Assembly (NCBI GenBank): GCA_964016885.1
Contig: OZ024745.1
Location: 61,008,001-61,072,000 of the forward strand
Direction: 5' to 3'
Length of the DNA: 64,000 nt
Source of the DNA: Eledone cirrhosa
Lineage: Eukaryota
Below the pieces are notes generated by a model that did no database searches, was not told the origin of the DNA, and worked only from the letters and a program-made list of their open reading frames with translations. Shown here piece after piece: positions 27,296-39,649 of the stretch (positions are counted from its first letter, which is position 1; each line of letters begins with the position of its first letter). The position numbers and the translations under genes were made by a program.

Positions 27296-28350
27296 TCATC
27301 ATCATCATCATCATCATCAACGTTTAACGTCCGTGTTCCACGCTTGCATGGGTTTGGACGGGGGTAGTCCCACTTGAGGCAAGAGTGATTGTCTTGCTCG
27401 CATAGGACTGTCTGGCAGGTTTTCTACAGTTGGATGCCCTTCCTAACACCAACCACATTTACAGTGTGGGTCTGGGAGGTTTTTACCGTGTTGCCTACAC
27501 GGCCACATTACAGCGTGGACTGTGTGTTTTTTGTCGTGACACCTACACGATCTCATTTGTTTCGGCCTGGATGGCGCGGCACCAACATAACTTTACATAG
27601 AACGGGGTGGTGTGGATGGGGTGTGGGTGGTGGCGGGACGGGGTGTATTTTGTTAGAGATGCCTACTGGCAAGGCGGGTCTTCTCTGTTACTGAGTACCG
27701 CCAAAGGTCTCGGTCCAGTGACATTGTCTTGGAGAGGTGTAAGTGTGTGAGGTCGGAGTTTATCAGCTCATCCCATGTTTTTCTACCTATTCCGTGGCTA
27801 CCGTCTATCTTTATTGCCCTGCACTTTGTAATACAGCTATCGACTTTCATGCGCATCACGTGTCCATACCAACGCAGCCTTCTCTCGAGTAAACAACATC
27901 TGATCCCTCTTATCTCTAATTTTTTCCTTAGTTCGTTTATGCTTTGCCATTCACGTATATTACTGTTACACATCCAGCGGAGCATGCAAGCTTCGTTCCT
28001 CTCTAGTCTGCGTATATCCTCTGCACACAATGCCCAGGTCTCACTACCATGCAACATTGCTGTTCGTATGCAGGCATTGTACAACCTGCCTTTCATTTTT
28101 AGGGAGAACCCTTTAGCAGCTAATAGTGGTATAAGCACTCTGAACTTTTTCCAACCAGTTCTGACTCTAGCTACAGTACTTTCAGAGCACCCTCCCCCAC
28201 TGCTGATTTTATCGCCCAGGTAACGGAAGCTGTCCACTATTTCTATAGAACCCTCTGCGCAATTGAAAGAGCTAGTATTTTAGTGGGCACTTGCTGCTAC
28301 TTATTGCACCAGAACACCGGCCACATGTAAAGTCTATGTTCTTAGTTAGA
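27296..28350 (-). mobile_element. RTE-clade LINE, 5'-truncated, third copy
   Basis: ORF 27653-28237 (FRYLGD...LHGSETW...LRWYGHV), 3' UTR and (GAT)n tail at 27296. Confidence 0.92.
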
Positions 28351-28400
28351 TATATGTATATATATATATGTATTTATATATATATATATATATATGTATG

Positions 28401-28435
<35 letters not shown>

Positions 28436-28565
28436 GTGTATATATATATATGTATGTATATATATATGTATGTATATATATATATGTATGTATATATGTA
28501 ATGTATGTATATATGTAATGTATGTATATATATATGTATGTATGTATATATGTATGTATGTATAT

Positions 28566-29160
28566 ATGGTGCTACTGGTAACATGTATTCCAGTACAACC
28601 TGTCCCATGGTCGGGTCGTTGGCGACTAAACTGGCAACCCTACCAAGGTTTCTTGGTGAGGAGGGTGACTTTGGACATCCTGCAGGACTAAAAACAAAAC
28701 CTGTCAAGGGGCAAAGGAGCTCTTAAGAGTCAATGGCCATCCAAAATCACCGTGAGAGATGAGCCCTTAGCCTTTGTCAAGGCAGAATTCTAGGAGAAGG
28801 AAAACTCTGATATAACACCTGCAACCCTGATGGTATCCAATGATGTTGACTTGTTCTTCTTTTTGGTAAATATCATCTTGGTTAAGAGAGTGGGACTGAC
28901 TTTGTGCAGTGCCTTTGCTCACTATAAAAGCTTCATGGCACAGGCATTGCTTTATATCTGGAGATCTCTCTGCACTTGTCGTCACATGGTACCATGGGCC
29001 CAGCATTATGTGTCAATAATTGTCGCAAGTGTAGTGTTTGTACCAGAGTTTTAAAGTCGCTGGCTGGACTAAAAAGTCACACTCGTTCAGCGCATCGGTA
29101 GGGGTTCTCCTACATGGATATAAAGTAGTGGCCGTACTCGAAAACGAGTTGGCAGCCACC
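28566..29160. repeat. Unclassified interspersed repeat, related to ~44005-44400
   Basis: Shares CTCTGATATAA...TCCAATGATGT.GAC..GTTCTTCTTTT...AGAGTGGGA.TG...GCCTTT..TCACT..AAAAGCTTCA...TTG(G)CAGCCA with the 44-kb copy. Confidence 0.6.
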
Positions 29161-29509
29161 ATATGTGTATATATGTATATGTATATATATATGTGTATGT
29201 ATGTATATATATATGTGTATGTATATATGTGTATGTATGTATATGTATGTATATATATATATATGTGTATGTATGTATATGTATATATATATGTTTATAT
29301 ATATATGTGTGTATGTATGTATATGTATGTATATGTATATATATATATATGGTAAATTTCTTTAAGTCGTTTGGAAGCCTCGACAATGCAAATGGGTAAA
29401 TCTCCGGGTAACAAGATCCGGTGGTGGAGAGAGAGATGTAAGTGGGTGTACGTTGAGATGCGTGGCGTGTATAAGACGTGTAGAGGAATGAAGGAAAGAG
29501 CATAAAGGA

Positions 29510-29720
29510 TAAAAATAAAAATAACAACACGAGAGAGAGTTACCGTGGGAGAGATTTAATTGTCCCTATATATTTCGGATTCACATCCATCAACTGGGGC
29601 TTTTTTCCGGGGTGGGGGAAAGGTTGTCTGTCGGAAAGGTGCGAAACGCGTCCTCCGCTGTTCGTTGTTTTAAATCTCTCCCAAGGTAACTCTCTCTCGT
29701 GTTTTTTTTTTTATTTTTTT
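29510..29720. repeat. Short CpG-rich element with ~35-45-bp inverted ends and hammerhead-like half motifs
   Basis: ACACGAGAGAGAGTTACCGTGGGAGAGATTTAA ... TTAAATCTCTCCCAAGGTAACTCTCTCTCGTGT. The interior has GCGAAACGCGTC (+) and GGAT-GTGA-ATCC-GAAATATATA (minus). Confidence 0.7.
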
Positions 29721-29759
29721 ACCTTATTCCACAATGCTTCAAGCAAACTTCAATACTCT

Positions 29760-29829
<70 letters not shown>

Positions 29830-29831
29830 TA

Positions 29832-30402
29832 TGTTATACTTGGGGAGGGTCATATTTGTGTAATATTGCCAGAATTAATAACAGAACACACTCACTGTTT
29901 GGTTGGTTTTCGCTTCTCGCTGTCTTTTATATCTGTAATCTAACTTACTCGGTCCTCAATGTTGCCATTGACTGACCGACGGTCAAAAATAATACAGATA
30001 CAATATAGACACAAACACATATATATATAGTTTACATAATTTACATAAATCTTTCGTTGCACATCTGCAAAAATGGCGTAGACATACAACACAACAGGAG
30101 GAAAATATAACACCACTGACGATGTTGCAGATGTGCAACGAAAGATTTATGTAAATTATGTAAACTATATATATATGTGTTTGTGTCTATATTGTATTTG
30201 TATTATTTTTGACCGTCGGTCAGTCAATGGCAACATTGAGGACCGAGTAAGTTAGATTACAGATATAAAAGACAGCGAGAAGCGAAAACCAACCAAACAG
30301 TGAGTGTGTTCTGTTATTAATTCTGGCAATATTACACAAATATGACCCTCCCCAAGTATAACAATATTTGTTTCGACACACGATTTCATATAAAAAACCT
30401 CG
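29832..30402. repeat. Fold-back repeat element, copy 2: ~240-bp almost identical arms, 54-bp spacer
   Basis: 29832-30070 is the reverse complement of 30125-30363 (one mismatch seen). Same family and same right-hand extension as 11685-12845. Confidence 0.92.
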
Positions 30403-30443
30403 CTAAACTAATTCATCGCCGCTATATATATATGTATATGTAT

Positions 30444-30477
<34 letters not shown>

Positions 30478-30938
30478 ATATGTGTATATATATGTATATA
30501 TATATGTATGGATATACTTATGTGTATGTATACATGTGTGTGTGTCTGTATACATGTGTGTGTGTCTGTATATATGTGTGTGTGTATGTGTATATATGTG
30601 TGTGTATGTATGCATATGTATGTATATATGCATATGTATATATATGTGTGTGACACTGCCAACTCTCCTGTATATGTCTATTTCTCATTCTATTTTCTTA
30701 AGTTAATGTAAGGTTCTTATTTTAATTTAAATTGAAAACCTTTAAAATGGGTGGTTTTATTCCATAGAACCAGAGCCAGTTTTGGCCAGGTTGGTAACTA
30801 AAGGGTTAAAGCTACATAATTGTTGTATTGCTGATGGTGGTGATGATGATTCTCAGTTATTCCCAGGAGTTATCAACCGAATTACTAACTACTAATCACT
30901 TACCTGTTTCAGTTCAAATAACTTGGCAGCATAATAAT

Positions 30939-31125
30939 TGTTTCTACTTTAGGCACAAGGCCAGCAAATACCCAGTGCATTACTGGTACTTTATTTTATC
31001 GACCCCGTAAGGATGAAAGGCAAAGTCAACCTCGGCGGGATTTGAACTCAGATCGTAAAGGGACGTAACTATGCTGGAAAGTATGGCGTCCGACCCTCTA
31101 CTGATACTGCCAATCCACCACCCTT
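30939..31125 (-). mobile_element. Young family 1 SINE with target-site duplication
   Basis: Nearly identical to the copies at ~34343-34520, ~47850-48038, 54405-54600 and ~57443-57625. Flanked by TTGGCAGCATAATAAT on both sides. Confidence 0.88.
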
Positions 31126-31429
31126 GGCAGCATAATAATGAAATCAAACCCAAAGAGATTTGTTTTTTCTTGCTACTTATTTAGCTTCCTGAGTTGGTCT
31201 GCTGATTTGTTTCCTGCAGACTTTGTGCTTGCTTCATCTCTCTCTCTGTCGATCTGTTTTTTCCTGCAAAACTCTGTTCTCTCTCTCTCTCATCGGCTGT
31301 GTTCAGACCTGTAGTGGCACGAGCTCCAGCAAGTTTAAATGCATGACATGCCATATATCACTATAATACCCCTGTGATTTTATTTGAAGTTAAGCGCCCA
31401 TGGCATGACACACACACACACACATATAT

Positions 31430-31584
31430 ATATTTATTAAAATAACAGATTAAAGATTAAGCAAAGAATCGCTGCTTTCACCCTTAACGGGATTTTCTGA
31501 AACTCTTCTGAGTTTCAGAAGATCCCGTTAAGGGTGAAAGCAGCGATTCTTTGCTTAATCTTTAATCTGTTATTTTAATAAATA
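31430..31584. repeat. Near-perfect ~155-bp hairpin (~75-bp arms)
   Basis: ATATTTATTAAAATAACAG...GGGATTTTCTGAAACTC-TTCT-GAGTTTCAGAAGATCCC...CTGTTATTTTAATAAATAT; one mismatch seen. Confidence 0.93.
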
Positions 31585-32536
31585 TTTGCTCTACAGTTCT
31601 TATATATTTGATATATATTTATCCTTATCGAGCCCTCTTTGGTTTTTAGTCTTCAAATTTATTATTATTACTATATATATATATAATCTCCAAAATGACT
31701 GACTGAATACATGTGTGCGTTTTTTTTTCCCATTCCTTGCTCTTTCTATTTCATCTTTTATTTCCCATTCTAACTTCTGGCGGAGGACTAGTGTCTGATA
31801 CATTAAAACTCTATTTCTATCATTTCAAGTGTTAAACTAATATACCTTTTCATTGTACTGGTGCTGTTTGCTTTGTTATTTCTGTTTACTTTTTACACAC
31901 ATATATATGCACACACACACACACAACATTGTAAGAAAGTACCTTACCTCGGTTGGTTTCCTCTCATGATTGTTGTCACCCAAGTGAGATAACAGTTTTC
32001 TCGTTTGAGAGGGTAGGTTGCTAATTTGGGATTCCACATGTTGCGTCACTTTCTGCGGGTCCAAAGTCATTGCTTCAGCTGTGAATCCATAGTACAGAAG
32101 ACAACAAAATAATGAGATTTAACAGATCACTTCTTTTTTGTGCCAGCTGTCATCAAGACTTCTGGTGTTCTCGGTCCCCAGACTGCTGTCTTCCTCTGCA
32201 AAATCAAGAAGAGAGCATCTCACTTGGGGAATAAGCCATGTAGGTGAAATGCCTGATTTGCCAGGTATTTCTAGCTGTCCTCTGTTGTAGTGCTTTCACT
32301 ATCTTGTCTGTGGAGCTCAGCTGAGATGTACTGCCCAGCCTAAGTTGTAGAGTTTGCCCCCTTCCCCTTAAAAAAATCCCCCTCCTTTTTTTTTTGTTTT
32401 TCTCCCGTTTATTATCTCTTAAAAAAAAACTTACACTATAACAGTAACTTAGTTGTTTGATTTTTACGAGCTGTGTCTAAATATCACAAACTATTTTATA
32501 ACAGACAATCTTTTTTTCCTCAGGGTCTTTTAAAGT

Positions 32537-33187
32537 TCTTCTTTTCTTCTTCGCCCACTTATTACTGAAAGGGTTGTGGTGGTAGAGTCCTCAAACACTC
32601 CTGCTAGTGGTTTCTGTCAGATGCAACTGTCTCCAATTGATCCAGCTGGATTCCCAAGCAAGACCAGCCAAGTTCATCGATGTTATTCAACTATCTTGCT
32701 TAGGGTCTACCCCTGGGTCTCCTGTTGGTTGGTTGGTTTTACCCTTAAAATCTGTCAAGGGTTTCTTTCCTGAGACATTCTAACCACATGTTCATAGTAT
32801 TGGAGCTGTGATCTCTCAATTCGAAGAAGTAGTGGCTTTACCTGGAGTGATTCTGATCTCCGAGCTACACACTTTATTCACCTTTGGAGGAACCTCATTT
32901 CGGCCGCTTGTCTTCACAATCGTATTCTTTCAGTCATTACCCAACATTCATGACAATAGGTAAGGCTTGGCACGAATACCAAATTGAAGCTAGCAAGTTT
33001 AGTTTTTATACCCACCTCCCTTCTTCTGATTACCGAATGCTGAAGCTGGCATTACTTAACTCAATAGAAAGTGATCTCCGACTTACACTTGATAGGTGTG
33101 ATGCCAAGTGCTGCATGGCTGGAATTAAAATCAGTGCTGCGAAAACTGAGACACTCACCCAAACTATTTCATGAAAGAACAAAAATG
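32537..33187 (-). mobile_element. RTE-type LINE insertion with 5' inversion and long TSD
   Basis: Minus part encodes KTKL...FVPSLTYCHECW...QAAEMRFL...RIERSQL and has an (AAG)n tail. The + part (~33030-33180) encodes the RT segment ESDLRLTLDRCDAKCCMAGIKISAAKTETL. Flanked by T7-CC(C)TCAGGGTCTTTTAAAGTT direct repeats. Confidence 0.8.
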
Positions 33188-35683
33188 TTTTTTTTTCCCT
33201 CAGGGTCTTTTAAAGTTGCAGATTAAATATTAGATTATCTGGGATCTTTAATGATACTTTCATCCTTATAATTTGATATAAACTATATAAAATATTTTAC
33301 ATTGGTGTCTTTTTATGTCCTATAAAACACACCCAAGAATAATTGACTTATCATATACTGTTTCAGGTCTGAGAATTGGAATCCTGTTGCTCCACCCCTT
33401 TTTCTTTCTTTCATTTATACTTGTTGGAATTGTCTTTTAGGGGCTATACGTTTAGAAGCAGCTATATTTAAATTAAAATGGAGCTTTGAGTGTTTTTGTT
33501 GCTGTTGTTAGAGTGGTGTATAGTAGAATTAGTGGAGTGGCAGACAAAATGCCTTGTGGTATTTAGTTACAATTCTTTGCATTTTAGGTTACATAAATAT
33601 GTACCAGTCATCTATTAGGGTCAATTTAGCTGATTATATTCTCTCCAAGGGTGGTGGATTGGCAGTGTCAGTAGATCATCAGACAATATGTATTGCAGCA
33701 TAGAGTTACAGCCCTTTATGCTCTGAGTTCAAATCCGCCAAAGATAGCTTTACCTTTCATCCTTACAGAGTCGATAAAATATAGTACCAGTAATGCACTG
33801 GGGTTGATTTAATCGACTTTCCCCTTCCCCAAAAATGTTGGTCATGTGCCTAAATCAAACTATTATATGCTCTCCGAATTCAGTCACTTGAATGCTGGGG
33901 CACTGTTGTCAGTGAAATAAGCACTGAGCTAAAAAGCTCAGTGCTTATTTCAGTATGGTGCTTAGTTTATTGATCTCTATCAAATGGCTAAATTATCCTT
34001 TGACATCACAAAACAATTTTGACACTGTAAAAAAAATAATTGTTATTTTTGCTGTTATTTTTTATCTTAGATGAACACTTTATAATTCCTTAGTTAAGAC
34101 AGAAATAACTGTCTCATAGTTGTTTTTGTGGTCATTTCACTACCACATCTCAAATGAAATACACTCTATTTTAATCAATTAATGAAGAATTTTGAGGGAC
34201 TTACTAAAATTATTAATTATTTTATTATTAAGATAGTAACTTAATGTTGGAAGATTTTAATTTAAATTGGAAACCTTTAAAATGGGCAGTTTTATTTCAG
34301 AGCCAGTTTTGGCAGGGTTGGTAAATAAAGGGTTAAAACACCAGTATCGGTAGAGGGTCGGACGCCATGCTTTCCAGCATAGTTACGTCCCTTTACGATC
34401 TGAGTTCAAATCCCGCCGAGGTTGACTTTGCCTTTCATCCTTACGGGGTCGATAAAATAAAGTACCAGTAATGCACTGGGTAATTGCTGGCCTTGTGCCT
34501 AAAGTAGAAACAATTATTATATTCATTTTTACATTATTATTTTATAGTAATATATTCATCATCATCATCATCATCATCATTTCATTTTACGTCCGCTTTT
34601 TCCTTGCTTGCAAGGGTGGGACGGGAACTTCTGGGTTGATTTCTTCAGCTGGATGCTCTTCCTAACACCAACCTCATTTACAGTGAGTGCTGGGTGCTTT
34701 TTTTGCCGTGGCACCTGTACGACCACTTTGCAGTGGAATGATAGGGACCCCAGTCCCTATCATCTCATTTCTACAGCTGAGTAAACTGGAGCAATGTGAA
34801 ATAAAGTGTCTTGCTCAAGGAAACAACACATCACCCGGTCTGAGAATTGAACTCACAACCTTTCGATTGCAAGGCCAATGCTCTAACCACTAAGCCATGT
34901 GCCTCCTATATTGTATTTTCTTATCAATATTCAAAAATACAATAGCAGCTATAAAGTCTTGCTAGCTCTGTTGATGAGAAATAACTCTTGTAAGCATGAA
35001 TGGCGGTGCCCCAGCATGGGCTCAGCCTGTTGGCTGGAACATGTAAGAGAGTATGAATCCCTTTATTTTAACTTATCAGTCAAGCAATGTGAAACTTAAC
35101 TTGTCCAATAGTTTCACTTACTCAATCGAGCAATGGCATTGGAATGAATTCCACATAGGGTGGACCACGTCAAGGTTGCCATCTCCCACCCTAACATGTA
35201 CTTGAAATCACACAAACCATTCTGGGAATCAATGAAGACCTGTCAGGACAATACTTTTGATCTGAAGGAAGAGTGACAAAGATCATGGAATGGGTTCAAA
35301 TTTGCCAATAAAGACTTCATCCAGGACCCCACATCATCTAAACCAGTAGGCTTTGACCTTCACATACCAAGTCAGCCTATCATCTTCATCAATGGAAAAT
35401 GAAAGACAGCCCAGCTTGTGACTGGGGACCCTGGCCTAATAGTACTGTATGTTGTTCAAGATTGCCCCTCAGACATTTTCCCGGCAGTCAACCTGGAGGC
35501 AATCCATAATGCTGCAAATGACACCTTGGTCTGGCACACTGGTCTTGACCTGCCTCTCTAGCTACTGTGCATATGTAATACAACAAGAAGAATTTACTCA
35601 ATGATATAAAGATTAAAGATTGAACTGTAACAGGATAGAAGTATTTTTTGTATCCTGTACATCTTTCTAAACTGGTTTATTAA

Positions 35684-36243
35684 CTCTTTGGTATTACATT
35701 ACTCTATATTTACTATTGTAATTTCACAGAAAAGTCTTTATCTTACATAATTATCTCACATAATATTGAATCTACGTGATTTTGAGATTATTCATTTTAA
35801 GAACAATACCTTAATGTTGGTATGAGTGGCCGGATATGACCGGTTTGAACAAAAAAAGTTGAGAAAATTCTGGCCAGCCACCAACACCACCCTCTCTCTG
35901 TAAAGTTAGTACCACAACATCCAGTCCAAATAAATGAGATAATGAGATCGAGATTGTGTAGGTGTCACGAGAAAAAAACACACAGTCCACGCTGTAATGT
36001 GGCCGTGTAGGTAACACGATAAAAAGTTCCCAGTTCCACACTGTAAATGTGGTTGGTGTTAGGAAGGGCATCCAGCCGTAGAAAACCTGCCAGATAGTCC
36101 TGTATGAGTGAGACACGGTCACCCGACCAACCTTGCCTCAAGTGGGACAACTCCCGTCTAACCCATGCTAGCATGGAAAATGGATGTTAAACGAAGATGA
36201 TGATGATGATGATGATGATATGACCAGTTTAAATGCTAAAGAG
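35684..36243 (-). mobile_element. Family A TTAA MITE interrupted by an RTE 3'-UTR insertion (~35878-36219, + strand)
   Basis: The MITE halves match 21702-21903. The insert is nearly identical to 26660-26997 and ends in (GAT)n. Confidence 0.8.
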
Positions 36244-38964
36244 TTAAGGTGTTGTCTGGAATTAAAGTAAATAATTTTCTTGCATTTTACATCTCATATT
36301 TATTCTTTTACACACACATAACTACAAACATACACACACAACTACATGCACATATATGCATACATACTTACAGACTCTTTCAGAATATGTTATAAAGTAG
36401 TTTTCCTGAAAACCAATCCACACACACTTTCACACAAACACGCATACGTACATACATACAGATTGATAGACAGACAGTCATTCTCTCAGGGTATATTATA
36501 AAGTAATTTTCCTGACAACCAATCCCAGCTAGAAACTCAGAATTATAAGTTATGTTCGGTTCATAGTTAGTATTGAATATAGACATGTGTTTATACAACA
36601 GCCTCAGCAAACTCAATACTTACTTCAGAGGTATAGCATCAGTTAGTCTGTGGGGGGTGGGAAATAGCAAAATATTAATCCCAGTGTTAGTTTTGTATAT
36701 TTCCACTTTCCACATGTTACCATTGGTTCTTCAATTGTTCTGCAAGAATGCATTAAATGAATGGTTTGCTTGTTTCTACAAGGGGTTATACGTTCTATAC
36801 TAAATGTAGTTGTTATTTATTAGAATTTCTCTAGAGGAATGTTGAAATACAGTAACAGGGTGGTTTAAACTACTGAACATATATGCCACTCCTTGCTAAT
36901 TTGAAACAAGTAATCTTAATTTGCAAATTTGAGTTTACTAATCATTCATTTACACTAAATTCATAAAATAAAAACGATTTGAATTCAGCTCTAAATGCTA
37001 AGAAAACAATTGTTAATATAAAGTACATATTGTTTGTATCGTTAACACAGTAGACTGAAGATGTAAATGAATTAGTATTGAGTGTGTTATCAAGTACGTG
37101 TGTGCATTGATATTCTCTCTCTTTCACTTACTGCTTCCGTCTCTCTCACTCTCCTCATCTCCCCTATTATAAGCAAATGGGAGCCCACAAGCTGGCTACC
37201 TTGTGGCCCCGGTGGACAGTATAGAGAAGGTGTTTCCCCGGAGGATGGTGAGGCTCATACCTGTGGGTAGCCAACTCCATGCCAATTGTAGTGAGTAATA
37301 CAGTGTTCCCACTCTTTGCAGCAATAGCCTGTATACCAAATAGTGCCTATTTACAGCTTGTTGAATCAGGCCAAAGAAAGAGAGTTTTGTGTCATGGCCA
37401 TGGATATAGCATATTAGAATTAGAATTGACAAATATATTTGATTTTTTTTTTTTTTCCAGCTAAAAATATAAAACTTTGATTTATTCAGCTGTGGATTAG
37501 CAGTAGTAAAGTGAGCCATCTAGGAAAAAAATATTTACCCCAACAGTATTAATGTAAATACTCCCTGGTGGCATGGGGAAACAGAATATGTAACAATATG
37601 TCTTCATACTGCTATTGTTATAGTTGTTTAGTCTTCTGGTCATCTCCTAGTGATATTTGATATGTAGTACAATTTTAAAATGTCAAACAATTGTTGTTTT
37701 GTTTTCCATTAATAGATAAGCACAAAGGATATTATTTCAAGACATTTTGTAACATTTGGAAAACATAGTGAAACTGTACTCTAAAAGAAAGTTATTCTTT
37801 ATGTCTTAAGTGGTCTTTGAACTTTACTAGAAATCACTTATCTTTGGCACTGCCTAAACTTATTGACTGAGGTCAATTTTGCCTTTCATCCATTCGAGGT
37901 TGATAAAAAAAACCCAGCCAAGTACTAATGTTGATTCTTCCTCTATATCTCTATCTCACTTCCTTTCTCTCATTCTCTATCCTTTTCTGGAAGAAATCTA
38001 CTGTATTCAGGCCTGGAGATGGGTTCTGCCAGGTTTTTTAAAAAAATGCCCTAGAAATGCTGTATGACTCCCTCAGGAGTTACGGGATCATGCATGCCAT
38101 GTAATCTTATTGAGTCATCCATAACTTTATTTATTAACTCTATGGTTTTTTTTCTTTTTGTCAAACATTTCCTAAAAGCAAAATCAAGTTTATTTGTTCT
38201 GTAAAAATCATTTCCCCTTGGAATTCATAGTCTGCTGGGGTTTACATTTCGAAAGAGAAAAACATTCCCAGGAATATTGATATTTTCCTTCATACAAGAA
38301 GAAATTGAGTGAAGCTATCAACTTCATTCTTATGGTCCTTTAGTTTCAGATTTAATGACAACAATGATTTCCATCAGCTAGAGATGTGAAATGACAGTTG
38401 AAGATTTAAACGGTCTGGCTTTCTCTTATCAGTGGTTCTGTCTTAAAACTATTCTAAATGTAGATAAAATTAGTGGATCTGAATAAAGTATCTATGTAAG
38501 GAATGAAGCTGAAACCTTCAGTCAGCTTATTTCTTATCTAAATCTTTTGTAAAAGAAACAATAAAATGGACAGCTGATAGAAAACCTTTTCAAATGCTAG
38601 AATAGAAAAATGGATGTGAGAATAACTTCTTGGTTGCTTTGTAAAGTTTGAAATATTCAAATTACAAACATCTGGTTAAAATGTTGATATTGTCACACAT
38701 AGTTCTGAGCTGTGGGTTTGCATGTTGTTTTAAGACTTCTTTTTTTTTTGCATCTCTTAATTATTAGACCATATATAAAGAAAATAGTTTCTTTCTCTTT
38801 GAGCCCAGATAATTATATGCTTTGATTTAAACATAAACATACATTTTTTATTAATATTATCAATGACTGATGATGAATAAAGGAAATATTTATCTTGTGA
38901 TAGCTCCACTCCAATGAGACCTTTAAATCATATTAATGTTAATTTTTCTTTTTTTATGTTTCAG

Positions 38965-39048
38965 TGATTTACAGCTATCATGGCACTGTTGATTATGCAT
39001 TACCCCTCACTGTTGGACAAACTGTATATATTGAAGAAGAAATAGATG
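38965..39048 (+). CDS. DOCK3/4: Internal coding exon (84 nt, phase 1/1) of a DOCK-family Rac GEF, N-terminal half of the SH3 domain; most similar to DOCK-B (DOCK3/DOCK4/sponge)
   Basis: Polypyrimidine tract + tttcag| acceptor and G|gtatga donor. Translates (V)IYSYHGTVDYALPLTVGQTVYIEEEID(G), matching my recollection of DOCK4 VIASFRGTVPYGLSLEIGDTVQILEKCDG. Joins in frame to the exon at 55653. The first coding exon was not found in the window. Confidence 0.88.
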
Positions 39049-39277
39049 GTATGACACTACTTCACATTTGCACTCTCTTTTCATGGTTAAAACTTTTGAT
39101 ACCAACTTGCTCAAAACCAGCTTTGGTTCCTTGAAACAAAGCCACCCATAAGCCCCTCAAAATCCTTAATGAATTAAATCAAAATACAGTTTCATTATAA
39201 ATATAGTAATGAAAGGGTTAAGATGCTGTTGTTGCATCTCTAAATGCTATTAATTTAACTTAATAAAAAAGTAACTA

Positions 39278-39649
39278 CTCTCAGGTCTCAAATAATTGCC
39301 CCTTATTAATTTTTCAAATTCTTTCCAACCACACCACTGCTTGTTAAATTTTGCTAATCTATCTCTGGCGAAATTTTATTTTAAGGGGTAGCATTCCTGC
39401 AACAATTAATTTTCTTTAGACATTAAAAACATTACACATGATAAAAAAAAGTACATTACTAGAATTCCCATATGTCATAAAATAAATAGGATGTGTGTGT
39501 GTGTGGGGGGGGGGGGGCCTCTGTATGTAAACTAAACGACTAATTCTGGTTTTTAAAAAAAGATTCAATGGAGGCAACCTAGAAAAATTTACTGATTTTC
39601 CAAGCCTCGCCCCTTGTTCCCCAGCCCCCCATTATTTCGGACCTAAGAG
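39278..39649. mobile_element. TA-flanked MITE
   Basis: TA|CTCTCAGGTCTCAAATAAT ... ATTATTTCGGACCTAAGAG|TA. A similar right end, ATTATTTGAGACCCAAGAGTA, occurs at ~42662-42682. Confidence 0.65.

Noticed and set aside
27729-28223. 164-aa ORF antisense to the RTE (also 26037-26321 and 52522-52863)
   Set aside because: These are shadow frames opposite transposon coding sequence.
28291-30711. Many ORFs rich in Y/I/M/C/V/H/T (also 9603-10096 and 27131-27377)
   Set aside because: They are translations of (TA)n/(TATG)n/(CA)n microsatellites.
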